Position numbers and translations under genes: made by a program. The notes under the pieces were generated by a model. It worked only from the letters and a program-made list of their open reading frames with translations, was not told the origin of the DNA and searched no databases. A stretch of 64,000 nucleotides of DNA from an uncultured Candidatus Babeliaceae bacterium (GTDB lineage: Bacteria > Babelota > Babeliae > Babelales > Babelaceae): contig OY969927.1 in NCBI GenBank assembly GCA_963704655.1, forward strand, positions 832,001 through 896,000, in the 5' to 3' direction. Below are positions 20,012 to 29,379 of the stretch, piece by piece. Every line of letters starts with the position of its first letter. The stretch's first letter is position 1.

Positions 20012-20278
20012 TCAATTTCTAACAATTTCTTCAAACTTTGAAACCACCTCCCTCTCTATATGTTCCGCTACTTCTTTATTAATTGGGTAAAAAACATTGA
20101 GTCCTCCAGTGTGGTACTTTCTGGTCGGGTAAGTTAATCGGTATCCGCCACGAGGGCGAGTGAAGATACCTATCGCACTCATATAAAAACAGTCATTTAA
20201 AATGAAGCTTGCGAATCCTACTAAGCCATTTTGGGGTTTAACAGGTGTGATCCGGATATTGTTGATTTGATATTGCAT
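20012..20278 (-). CDS. SpoVG-family nucleic-acid-binding protein
   Basis: INNIRITPV...GLVGFASFILNDCF...I...YPTRK...FYPINKE pattern. Confidence 0.8.
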   Translation of the reverse strand: MQYQINNIRITPVKPQNGLVGFASFILNDCFYMSAIGIFTRPRGGYRLTYPTRKYHTGGLNVFYPINKEVAEHIEREVVSKFEEIVRN

Positions 20279-20426
20279 ACGTTTTTCCTTTATTTACTTT
20301 TTGTTTTTGATCAAGTTCCATTAATGCTATAAACAGATCTGCAAGTTGCTTGCGCTCATCTGCTGATATCGGCTGTGTTCCTCGTGGAGGAATATGAATT
20401 TGCATTTTTAAGGATTTTTTAATCAT
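20238..20426 (-). CDS. Small hypothetical protein
   Basis: First ORF of the leftward replication operon, overlapping the SpoVG start. Confidence 0.5.
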   Translation of the reverse strand: MIKKSLKMQIHIPPRGTQPISADERKQLADLFIALMELDQKQKVNKGKTYAISNQQYPDHTC

Positions 20427-20447
20427 GGGGCTATTGTAACCCCATAT

Positions 20448-20479
20448 GTTAGGCCTAAATTAGGTCTAACTAGACTTAA
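20448..20479. promoter_or_regulatory. Putative operator array
   Basis: TTAGGCCTAA / TTAGGTCTAA / CTAGACTTAA; the first two form a near-perfect inverted repeat. Confidence 0.5.
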
Positions 20480-20580
20480 TCCACAAAGCGTTGAATCGTG
20501 CGTGTGTGAAGGTATTTAAAGAAATTGTAATGATGGCTATAGCTAAGAAAACTTTAATTTTAGCCCAAAAAGTATCGAAT

Positions 20581-21756
20581 TTAAGGAAGATATATGGGAT
20601 TAATACGAACAAAAGACATATCAAAATCAAGAAAATCTTTTAAACCGCATTCTGCGAATAGTTTCTGATTTATGTGCACACAAGCATCGTACATTGCCTG
20701 CATACCATCATCTTCAGGAGCTGTTCCGACAATATCTTCATACAAATTTTTAAAATAGCGAGGCAGATTTCTGTTGTTATATTTTCCTGAGAGATCTTCG
20801 AGTATTTTTCCAGGGTATCCATAAGCAGATCTGGGGTTTTTATTAGATTTTTTTTTATCCATTAATGCGAAGTTACGAAATTTTGCTATTTTCCCTTGAC
20901 ATGAGAAATATCTCTTTTTAGGACAATAACTCCAATCTGTGATTTTAGTTTGCGGAATAGACATGGCGTGAATCAGCCTTTTTTGAGCATAAAGATGTAA
21001 CTGCTGCATATACATTTTAAAATAGCGTGGATTAAATCCTTGCTCGGGGAATTGAGTATCTTTTGTTGGGCCTATGGCCCGATTAAGAGCATTGTTGCGA
21101 ACGGTCAAGGTAAGGTCATAAATAGGGTGTTGCTTATGCGCAATGGCTTTTCGCTCTTTATGCTGTTTTTGATCGTAAATCCAGAGAAAGTCTGTGAGGT
21201 TATCAAGAACCCACCATTCACGCGTTAGTTTTATACGATTAAAATGGTTATTTTCCTCAGACAACTCATCTGTATTGATATCAAATGTTATAGGTTGCTG
21301 AAGATTAGCCTCGTCGATCCTAGCATGTTGCCGTATAAAAGGACGATGATCTACTCTTGTGTCTCGTAACAAGAACTTAAAAATATTTATTAATATCGTT
21401 AGTTGCATGAAAAAAGCTACAACAGAAAGATCTTGTTTGATCCAAGGCAGCGAATTAATAATATTTGGATCATTTATATTTTTTTCCTTGATGTAAGCTT
21501 GCAGACTCTTACAGATTGACGAAGTTTTTCTAAATAACTTTTTCAGCAGAGAATTGAGTGGAGCAAAATCACCATGTCTGCTATTCCATATCTCGTTGGC
21601 TATTGGAACGAGTACTGGATCGGTTATGAATAATTGAGTAAACCTAGCAATTTTTGGGGCTGAAATTTCGATACTGTCGACATCCATGTATTCGCAAAGT
21701 ACGCCTAATTCCTCTAGAAGTATCTTTTCTGGGTTCATATTATTCTTGATATACAA
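20581..21756 (-). CDS. Hypothetical protein, possible C-terminal winged-helix domain
   Basis: 391-aa ORF; C-terminus 'AMYDACVHINQKL...FVRINP' resembles a wHTH recognition helix and wing. Confidence 0.65.
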   Translation of the reverse strand: MYIKNNMNPEKILLEELGVLCEYMDVDSIEISAPKIARFTQLFITDPVLVPIANEIWNSRHGDFAPLNSLLKKLFRKTSSICKSLQAYIKEKNINDPNIINSLPWIKQDLSVVAFFMQLTILINIFKFLLRDTRVDHRPFIRQHARIDEANLQQPITFDINTDELSEENNHFNRIKLTREWWVLDNLTDFLWIYDQKQHKERKAIAHKQHPIYDLTLTVRNNALNRAIGPTKDTQFPEQGFNPRYFKMYMQQLHLYAQKRLIHAMSIPQTKITDWSYCPKKRYFSCQGKIAKFRNFALMDKKKSNKNPRSAYGYPGKILEDLSGKYNNRNLPRYFKNLYEDIVGTAPEDDGMQAMYDACVHINQKLFAECGLKDFLDFDMSFVRINPIYLP

Positions 21757-21950
21757 CTTTTATGGTTTTACATTTTTAATTTCAACAAAAAGGATACAGT
21801 ATATTTTGATCTAACACATAATTTATTTGCAGAAAATCATCAGGTTTTGCCGTTAGCAGCAATTATTTTTTTAAGCTATTGCTGGTAGGAACAGACGAAT
21901 GGCGTAGATTATGCTATTTTCTATAAAAGAGTTGGTGAAATATTCCGATA

Positions 21951-21960
21951 GGGCACACCA
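21951..21960 (+). repeat. att core, distal junction
   Basis: Second GGGCACACCA, just beyond the last element gene. Confidence 0.8.
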
Positions 21961-22180
21961 TCCTGCGCCTATTCCAGCCGTCGCTGCCATGCAGCTGTGG
22001 CGGACAGGCCAGGCCAATTCACAGCCGAAGTGTGACAAAGCCTTGGCAGAGACGTATTGGCAAGCTACGCCAGACATGGTAATCTTAAAATAAACTCAAT
22101 TTTGTTGTTTTTAAGATAAAGCGCTCAGCGCACCATGCAGCTTATCTTCAGAAACAACTTTCATTAAATCGGTAAAAACT

Positions 22181-23137
22181 ATGAATATCCATAAAAAGGC
22201 TATAATATTTTTTTCTTTTATAATCTATCTCGGTACAGCTTCAAGGCTTTTATCTTATAATGAAGATTCTTGCTATGCATTACATCGCTTGGTTGACCGA
22301 CTTGAAGACACTCCAGAATCCGTCAAAATTCTGCGGCCAATTGTTCATAATTTTATAAAGCAAATAGATGGCGATCCAAATATCATGCTTTATACCGGTC
22401 ATGGCAGTAAGTTTTATTTAGGTGGGGCTCTTATGCAGGCCATCAAAAAAAACAAGATCCATTTGGCTTATCTTCTTGCAGAGTGTCAACCAGACTATGA
22501 CGTACGTGGCAATAATGATGATGGCTGCGAATTGAACATACTGCATTTTTGTGCTAAATATTTGCCCAATTCAGATCAATCAGTGGCATTGATTAATCAT
22601 ATAATGACTCACAGCAACTTAAAAGTTATGATGGAGTTGCTTACAGATAGTAAGCGATGGCAAAGAGCAGAGATTATACTTCCAGTTGATCTTGCAGAAA
22701 AATACCATAATGATAAAATTGCAGCGTACTTTAGAAAAGGAAAAACTATGCTGTTCGGTTATACTATTATATATGTTCAAAATGTCGAAGAAACCCTTCA
22801 ATTTTATCAAAAAGCTTTTTCTTGTAAAATAAAATTTTTCGCTGAAAGTAAACTTTATGGCGAGCTTGAAACAGGCACAACCATTTTGGCATTTTGTGAT
22901 GAATCATTCTGTATGAAAAATGGGTTGGAGTTTACCAAAAATAGATCAAACACAACTTGCGCAGGCTTTGAAATCGGGTTCATGGCCGATGATGTTCATG
23001 CAGCATATAAACTTGCTATTGCACAAGGTGCACAACCATTAAAAGAGCCTGCTCAAAAGCCGTGGGGACAGATTGTAGCATATATTAAAGACCTTAATGG
23101 TATTATTATCGAAATCTGCAATCCGATAAATTATTAA
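22181..23137 (+). CDS. Ankyrin-like secreted domain fused to a VOC/glyoxalase domain
   Basis: NILHFCAK and PVDLAEK (Ank-like); YTIIYVQNVEETLQFYQKAF...KPWGQIVAYIKDLNG (VOC); internal AGGA RBS and in-frame ATG at 22748. Confidence 0.8.
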   Translation: MNIHKKAIIFFSFIIYLGTASRLLSYNEDSCYALHRLVDRLEDTPESVKILRPIVHNFIKQIDGDPNIMLYTGHGSKFYLGGALMQAIKKNKIHLAYLLAECQPDYDVRGNNDDGCELNILHFCAKYLPNSDQSVALINHIMTHSNLKVMMELLTDSKRWQRAEIILPVDLAEKYHNDKIAAYFRKGKTMLFGYTIIYVQNVEETLQFYQKAFSCKIKFFAESKLYGELETGTTILAFCDESFCMKNGLEFTKNRSNTTCAGFEIGFMADDVHAAYKLAIAQGAQPLKEPAQKPWGQIVAYIKDLNGIIIEICNPINY

Positions 23138-23246
23138 AAGTTTTTCAAAAATTGCCTATAAAAATTTTTTTTTCACATATTCTAGCACATTTGCTATTAT
23201 TGACTATTATACATTCGCCCATATAAGCTTTAATTAAAATACAATA

Positions 23247-25163
23247 ATGGACACACACGTAAGGGGATTGGGAATGGTTAATAACGCCTTTAAATTATTA
23301 ATACCGTTGGTATTATCAGTATTTGCTCCACATGTATGCTGCTCTGAAAATAGGGGTCCAGAATCAGAATATGATTATGCGGTATGGATTTTAAATGGGC
23401 TTTCAACAAACCCAGAAGCATCTCAGGAAATGATAAGTAGAGTAGAAAATACATTTTTGCGGACAAGAGATAAATATTCTGACGCGCGCAGAATGTTAAT
23501 AAAAGTTGCAAGCTTACAAAATGATCCAGATAAACAGATTCGATATGCTCAAGATTCTGTAGAACACGGAAACCCTGGCGATAACTTGTATATCGCTAGA
23601 GCTTATGAGAAAAAAAAGAATTATAAAAAAACCCAAGAATACCTTGAAAAAACTATCGCATCCGGGAGCACCTATATAAACACAGCTCGCGTCGAGTTAG
23701 CTGTATTGCTGTTTCAAGGAAAGGGTGGGCCAAAGGATATTTATCGTGCACAAAAATATCTCCAAGATGCAGCCAATGATAATTCTCTTCAAGGTAAATT
23801 TAATTTAGCAATGAGCTATGTTAATGGCCCTAAGGAGCTACCTAAAGATCCTGAAACCGCCTACAAAATCTTGTCTGAGGTAATAAAAATCCCAATTCAA
23901 AATATTGAAAAATCTGAAATGGAATATTATTTTGAGGCATATGCACAGCTAGGATTGATTATTGAAAAGGGGTTTAAAGGTTACAAACCGGATCCAGCAA
24001 GAGCATATAGCTATTTTAAAAAATTGCAGGAATTAGGTAACGGAATGGGCACAGTTCATTGTGCGCGCTTAATCATTTCAAAAAAGGTTCCCGGAGATAT
24101 CAATAGCGCAAAAGCTGATCTTAAAAAGCTTGCTGATGATGGCATGCCTTTTGCAAAATTCATATACAGCTCAATACTCATTTCTGAAGGGCAGCAAGAT
24201 GAGGGTATCCGCTTGCTGGATGATTCGTATACAAGAAATCAACAAATTTTACCTGTGGGAATGCTTCAGCTTGCAATAGCCTATCACTATGGCATTGGCG
24301 TAGAAAAAGATGAGCAAAAAACGCTGGAATTACTTGAAAAAATAAATAATGACCCTGATGATAGATGGCGATCTTTATTTCTTGCACGAGCCTATATGCG
24401 CTTTTTGGGCTTAGGGGTAAAAAAGGATATTAAAAAAGTTAATGAACTCTTAGAAAAAGCAAATGAAAAATCTGATGACGTATATTTAGATACGTATCAG
24501 TTATTTCCTTCATTAAAAAGTTTAATAGAGGAACAAGCGCAAAAATTGCTTAAAGAAGAAGAGCTCGAAAAAAGCAAGAAAAAGGGCAAGAAAAAAGCGG
24601 TCATTGAGCAAGAGGAGCCTATTTTGGCAGGTGAATCTTCGACAGCTTCAACTTCTGGGCAAGAAGCTCAAGAGAGTTTTATAACTATTGCCGAATGGAA
24701 GAAGATATTCAAGGCCTCAGATGACGGAAGCTTTGTAAGCGCCATAGACCCGGTTCTAAAAATGATTACTATTCAAGACCCTCAACGTCATGAAGAGCTT
24801 ATAGTATATGCTGCAGAAAATAGATTCCGGGATCTCTCTGAAATTGAATATTTAAAAATTGCCACATGGGCCTTAATAAGGCAGGGAATAAAAAAACCGA
24901 AAAAAATCGAACATGCACCTACTGCAAGTCAAGAATATAACCATTCATTTGCAGATATGCTTGACTACGCTATTCAATACGCTGGCCAGTTAGTACCCTG
25001 GGTAAAAGCGGGCTCTGCTGACCCAGAAGACCAGCTGACGGTTGATGTTATCCGCAAAAATACCAAAACGGGCAAAGAATTATCATGCAGAGCAGAATAT
25101 ACCTTTGGCCAAAATGGCGTGTATCACCGACTTTTACGGCCGTTAAAAGAGAGAAATCAATAA
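23247..25163 (+). CDS. Secreted Sel1-like repeat protein, paralogue of 5554..7413
   Basis: Shared GKGGPKD, LQLAIAYHYG.GVEKDE, MLDY.IQY.G, CRAEYTFG and YHRLLRP. Confidence 0.9.
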   Translation: MDTHVRGLGMVNNAFKLLIPLVLSVFAPHVCCSENRGPESEYDYAVWILNGLSTNPEASQEMISRVENTFLRTRDKYSDARRMLIKVASLQNDPDKQIRYAQDSVEHGNPGDNLYIARAYEKKKNYKKTQEYLEKTIASGSTYINTARVELAVLLFQGKGGPKDIYRAQKYLQDAANDNSLQGKFNLAMSYVNGPKELPKDPETAYKILSEVIKIPIQNIEKSEMEYYFEAYAQLGLIIEKGFKGYKPDPARAYSYFKKLQELGNGMGTVHCARLIISKKVPGDINSAKADLKKLADDGMPFAKFIYSSILISEGQQDEGIRLLDDSYTRNQQILPVGMLQLAIAYHYGIGVEKDEQKTLELLEKINNDPDDRWRSLFLARAYMRFLGLGVKKDIKKVNELLEKANEKSDDVYLDTYQLFPSLKSLIEEQAQKLLKEEELEKSKKKGKKKAVIEQEEPILAGESSTASTSGQEAQESFITIAEWKKIFKASDDGSFVSAIDPVLKMITIQDPQRHEELIVYAAENRFRDLSEIEYLKIATWALIRQGIKKPKKIEHAPTASQEYNHSFADMLDYAIQYAGQLVPWVKAGSADPEDQLTVDVIRKNTKTGKELSCRAEYTFGQNGVYHRLLRPLKERNQ

Positions 25164-25441
25164 ATTAAGCACAGTTTGTTGTTACAAGGAATATGTTTTA
25201 TGTATTTTATAGTTATTTTTTTTCAGTTATTGCTATTTGTTTATCATCAAATAACAACGTTAGTAGATTTGTATATACAGAATGTTATTCTCGTACCATC
25301 AAAGTTTTGCCTCCCATCAAAGACAACCCTATCCCAGATCTTAATCATTGTATCTTGCACACAATAGCACTAATTACTACAATTTTAACGTTGTATTACG
25401 TATTTAATTTTTAAAATAAAGACATATATTCAGATAAGGCA

Positions 25442-25472
25442 CGCCCGTCATTTCACACAGAAATGACGGGCG
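25442..25472. terminator. GC-rich hairpin between convergent genes
   Basis: CGCCCGTCATTTC-acaca-GAAATGACGGGCG, a perfect 13-bp stem. Confidence 0.7.
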
Positions 25473-25491
25473 GCAAATCTTATATTTATTT

Positions 25492-27135
25492 TTAAACCGG
25501 TACAATATCAGTAATAGATTTTGCAATTTCAGAACGGGAGCTTGAAAGAAATTCATAAAATTCTTTCCCCTCAAATTCCTTAAGTGCTTGTTCTATTTTA
25601 TACAAACGGCGCCAAAGATCGTCTATTTTACCTGTTTCTTTAGACATCTCTCTGTTGTGAACGGCGTCTAAGGCTTCTGAAAGTTTAAGTAATTCAAATG
25701 CATTATTTTGCGCCTTTTCAACATCCTCTAAGGTGATATTTTTATTATCAAAAATAGTTAAAATATTATTAATTTTTGATTTTCTTTGCTCAAAAGTGGT
25801 AGATATATTTTCTCCTTTTGAAATCTTTAAACCGTCATGTAATCTATCTGCACGATCTCTTAATTTTTTAAAATCCGGCGTAGCAGGCTTACTTCCAGGA
25901 CTAAAGATTGAAAAGGGGTTGAACGACCAAGTAGTTTTTTCTGATTGTTGAATATCCTGCAAAACCTTCAAGGCTTTTTCAATTCGGCCAACTGCTATTA
26001 ATGACATATAAAGTTTTTCAACTTCAGTAATTTTAGCTTGAGGGTTATTTAAAAGTCCTAATGATGGTTCAATTTCATATAAAATTAGTTGAAGCGCTTC
26101 ACCCAGCCCTTTTTCTTGATAGCGCCCATTACTATAATTTTTAATAGCTTCTAAACCATCATAAAGCTTACCTAGTTGGTCTTCCAACTTGGAAAGACTT
26201 TCAGTATTCTTAAGATGTTCCCTAAAAGGATGCGACATACGGTTGGCAAAAGCTCTGTTGCTATCAATGTTTCTGGAAATTTTTAAAGCTTTTTCTGCAG
26301 TAGCATGTGCTGTTTTTATTTTTTCCATTGTAGCAACTGTAGGATTTTCAAAGTAAGAGCCGACCGTTTTGAGCTGATTTACGTATTCATCAAGCTTTTG
26401 TTCTTGTTCTATTATAATTTTATTTATGTCACCAATTTTCTCAGACGGTGAACGATAACTTTTTTGCCTACTATATAAAGCTGACCACGCTCCTTTGACA
26501 GATTCGCTTAATGGAGAAGCTTCACCTTTTAATGCATCAAGCCCTTCAACTATAGTACGTAATTTCCACATCTGCTCTTCTGCTTGTTTTATTTCTTCAA
26601 GCGTTGCGCTTTTATTGTTTAATACAGCATTAGCCTTATTGATTTTTGCTTGAATATTAAAGTTCTCCTCAGATAAATTCCCAGTCGTTGAACCTTTACC
26701 CATTCCAGCCTTAGCTTCATTTGCTTTTTGATAGCTTGTAGATGACCCTTGTTTCGATGAATCCCCGGCCTTAGTCCAAGCACCCATACTTTCTTGGGTA
26801 AAGGGCGCCTCTTGATTAATCATTTCTAGTAATGGGCTTTTTGGATCACGAGAAATAATGAATTTTTTAGTTTCTTCAAGCGTTTGCCAGTCCTTTTGCC
26901 TCATCGCATTTCTTGCCCGATCAAGAATTTTTTGGTCCATTTCACTAAGTTCTTTCTTGGCCCCAGGCATAGTTGAAGCATATCGTAGCTGACCCATCGG
27001 CCTATTCCAAAAATTGCTCACCCGAGTTCTTCCCAATACATAGGCACGCCTCCAAATATTAGAAGCTTGAGCAGCCGAAAGCTCAGGAATAACCATAAGC
27101 ATTAACAACAACGTAACGTATAAAGACTTTTGCAT
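25492..27135 (-). CDS. Secreted helical/coiled-coil protein with internal repeats (candidate effector)
   Basis: Signal peptide; KIN..N...TLE....A....L....E.LDA repeated twice. Confidence 0.8.
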   Translation of the reverse strand: MQKSLYVTLLLMLMVIPELSAAQASNIWRRAYVLGRTRVSNFWNRPMGQLRYASTMPGAKKELSEMDQKILDRARNAMRQKDWQTLEETKKFIISRDPKSPLLEMINQEAPFTQESMGAWTKAGDSSKQGSSTSYQKANEAKAGMGKGSTTGNLSEENFNIQAKINKANAVLNNKSATLEEIKQAEEQMWKLRTIVEGLDALKGEASPLSESVKGAWSALYSRQKSYRSPSEKIGDINKIIIEQEQKLDEYVNQLKTVGSYFENPTVATMEKIKTAHATAEKALKISRNIDSNRAFANRMSHPFREHLKNTESLSKLEDQLGKLYDGLEAIKNYSNGRYQEKGLGEALQLILYEIEPSLGLLNNPQAKITEVEKLYMSLIAVGRIEKALKVLQDIQQSEKTTWSFNPFSIFSPGSKPATPDFKKLRDRADRLHDGLKISKGENISTTFEQRKSKINNILTIFDNKNITLEDVEKAQNNAFELLKLSEALDAVHNREMSKETGKIDDLWRRLYKIEQALKEFEGKEFYEFLSSSRSEIAKSITDIVPV

Positions 27136-27292
27136 ATTCCGCCCCTCATTTAGCCGGTATAGAAAAAATTAATTCTTAATAAGATTTTATTAACCATGAG
27201 CATGGAAAGTCAATAATGCTTTATAAACTCAAATTCAAATTATTATGTTATTATTTTGTAAAACAGAAAGAACACAAAGTTAAAGTGCCTGT

Positions 27293-28033
27293 ATGAAAAA
27301 AGCAATAGTATATTTATTAATGTTTATTTTTTCACATTGTTATTCAATTGAGATGGAAGAACATATGATTTCTAAATCTATCTATCTAACCATTGATGAT
27401 GCGCCATCACAACACACGCTTGCAAAAGTAGATTATCTGCAAAAAAATAATATCCCTGCCATTTTTTATTGCCGCGGGAATGCTATTGAGCAGTACCAAG
27501 ACAGTGTTGTTGAAATAATTAAAGCCGGTTTTTTGGTGGGTAATCATTCTTATTCACATCCATTTTTTTCAAAAACCCCAAATGAAATATTTTTTGATGA
27601 AATTCTCAAAACTGAAAAACTTATCGATGAATGTTACTGCTTGGCTGGAATAATAAGGCCCTGCAAGGTTATCCGTCTGCCATTTGGGGACCGCGGGGCA
27701 GGCCAACACTGCCGAGCGCCGGTTACTCCCGAAGAAAAGATTAAATATGATGCATTGCAGGCATTTTTAAAAGAACAAGGTTTTGAACGAATTGATTTCA
27801 TTGGTTTTAAAGATGATCTTGCTATAGATAGCCCTTGGTCCTTAGATACGCAGGATTATAAGTCCATGTTTATACACGATGTGCAAAGATATCAGCAAAA
27901 TTTTGAAAAATTATTTTTTGAATCTGAAAGACCGGTAGAGATACTTTTGCTGCATGACTTTGAAAACAACCACTCACTATTTGAATCAACCATGCACTTT
28001 TTAGCACAGCACAACGTAACGTTTATGCCTTAA
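27293..28033 (+). CDS. Polysaccharide deacetylase (CE4/NodB)
   Basis: LTIDDAP, GNHSYSHP, RLPFG and LLLHD motifs. Confidence 0.92.
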   Translation: MKKAIVYLLMFIFSHCYSIEMEEHMISKSIYLTIDDAPSQHTLAKVDYLQKNNIPAIFYCRGNAIEQYQDSVVEIIKAGFLVGNHSYSHPFFSKTPNEIFFDEILKTEKLIDECYCLAGIIRPCKVIRLPFGDRGAGQHCRAPVTPEEKIKYDALQAFLKEQGFERIDFIGFKDDLAIDSPWSLDTQDYKSMFIHDVQRYQQNFEKLFFESERPVEILLLHDFENNHSLFESTMHFLAQHNVTFMP

Positions 28034-28052
28034 CCGCACCATGCATGTCAAA

Positions 28053-28391
28053 CTATAATTTAGAAATTGGCGATAAAAATTTTAGACCAATAATCCCACA
28101 TAAAATCAAAATAAAGCACAGAATTCGTAGGGGACTAGCCTCTTCACCAAGAAAAATAATCCCATAAGCAGCTGTTCCAATTGCCCCTATACCCACCCAA
28201 ACCGCGTATGCAGTACCAATAGGCAAAGTCTTCGTTGCAAGCGAAAGCAAATACATACTAAGGGCAATAAATATTAATGAAAATAAACTTGGACCAAGTC
28301 GAGTAAAACCATGTGTTTTTGGCATTGCTGCTGCATAGACTACTTCTGCTATTCCAGCAATTATAAGATACATCCAAGCCAACTGTTTCAT
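28053..28391 (-). CDS. SMR-family transporter (SugE/Gdx-like)
   Basis: [26 protein letters not shown]; four TM segments. Confidence 0.92.
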   Translation of the reverse strand: MKQLAWMYLIIAGIAEVVYAAAMPKTHGFTRLGPSLFSLIFIALSMYLLSLATKTLPIGTAYAVWVGIGAIGTAAYGIIFLGEEASPLRILCFILILCGIIGLKFLSPISKL

Positions 28392-28533
28392 TTTTTAATC
28401 TCTTTTGTTGTTTTAATTAAATAACTTCTATAATCAGATAAAAATAATAGTATTTACTTTTCAATATTGATAGCTTTATGCTTATATGTTGTGTAACGCA
28501 CAGTAATTTTTGAAGTAAATAATAGGTTTTTTT

Positions 28534-28992
28534 ATGTCATATACCATTGTAACATTACCCGCGATAAAAGTAGTTGGCATGGCCAATAAAACAACAAATA
28601 ATAACCACCAAAGTGCTGTTGATATACCTCAGTTTTGGAACACCTATTTCACAGAAAAAATTGAAACATCTATTCATCATAAAAAAGAACCGCTGCAAAG
28701 AATATGCATGTATACTGATTATGACCCACAAGGATATACGGTAATTATTGGTGCATGCGTATCTGCCCTAGAAGATGTCCCGGAATCATGCGTAGCTCGT
28801 GAAATACCTGCAGGTAAATATGCAGTATTTGCGATTAATGGCCCTTTAGAGATAGCGGTACTCAAAGCTTGGCAACATGTTTGGTCAATTGCAGATCTTC
28901 CACGTGCATTTACTCATGATTTTGAACTTTATGAATATAAAGACAATGGTGATAATCTGCTCTCTGCAAAGATTTATGTGTCACTTGTTTAG
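28534..28992 (+). CDS. GyrI-like small-molecule-binding protein
   Basis: IPQFW, IPAGKYAVF, AWQHVW, RAFTHDFELY. Confidence 0.9.
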   Translation: MSYTIVTLPAIKVVGMANKTTNNNHQSAVDIPQFWNTYFTEKIETSIHHKKEPLQRICMYTDYDPQGYTVIIGACVSALEDVPESCVAREIPAGKYAVFAINGPLEIAVLKAWQHVWSIADLPRAFTHDFELYEYKDNGDNLLSAKIYVSLV

Positions 28993-29016
28993 TTACAAAG
29001 CGATTTCACAGCGCAC

Positions 29017-29379
29017 CTAAAGCACGCCTCTTTTTATTTCGCCTAAAATTTGCTTTGCTTCAGATTTATCATGATAATGGGTAGCAACTGTTTGAGCATC
29101 ATTTTTTAACGCAGCGCGGACCAATGCTTGAGCATCCCCGACCACCAGCCCACGCTCCAATAAAGCTTTACCAGCTTTCATGCGGCCATTACAAGCAACG
29201 GTTTTTGCTGCCGCTCTATCTACATTACGCTCAACGTCTTTATTTGCATTAATATATTTTTCTAGATAAACACGGTCAGCATCTTGGCCCACAAAATTTT
29301 GACTTACAATATCAGTGTTTACTGCGTGTAAAGATGATATAAAAAGCAGTGATAAAAAGATATTATTTACGTAGTTCAT
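29017..29379 (-). CDS. Secreted hypothetical protein
   Basis: Signal peptide ending SLHA; GGGGG upstream. Confidence 0.7.
   Translation of the reverse strand: MNYVNNIFLSLLFISSLHAVNTDIVSQNFVGQDADRVYLEKYINANKDVERNVDRAAAKTVACNGRMKAGKALLERGLVVGDAQALVRAALKNDAQTVATHYHDKSEAKQILGEIKRGVL

Larger units (their letters stand above)
7796..21960. mobile_element. Integrative element / putative phage satellite (~14.2 kb) at tRNA-Arg
   Basis: Direct repeat GGGCACACCA at 7796-7805 and 21951-21960; serine recombinase at the tRNA end; replication- and packaging-like genes inside. Confidence 0.88.

Noticed and set aside
7796-21960. Complete prophage or conjugative element
   Set aside because: No recognisable capsid, portal, large terminase, tail, lysis, relaxase or T4SS genes.
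21871-22077. 68-aa minus-strand ORF (and 21911..22093 +) as standalone genes
   Set aside because: They straddle the att junction and REP-like DNA; only 21871-21960 is meaningful, as the alternative integrase tail.
25176-25414. Two short overlapping ORFs
   Set aside because: AT-rich, no clear RBS or motif; a small gene cannot be supported or excluded.
28392-28533. Guanidine riboswitch upstream of the SugE/Gdx-like gene
   Set aside because: The leader is very AT-rich with no ACGR hairpins or other recognisable motif.
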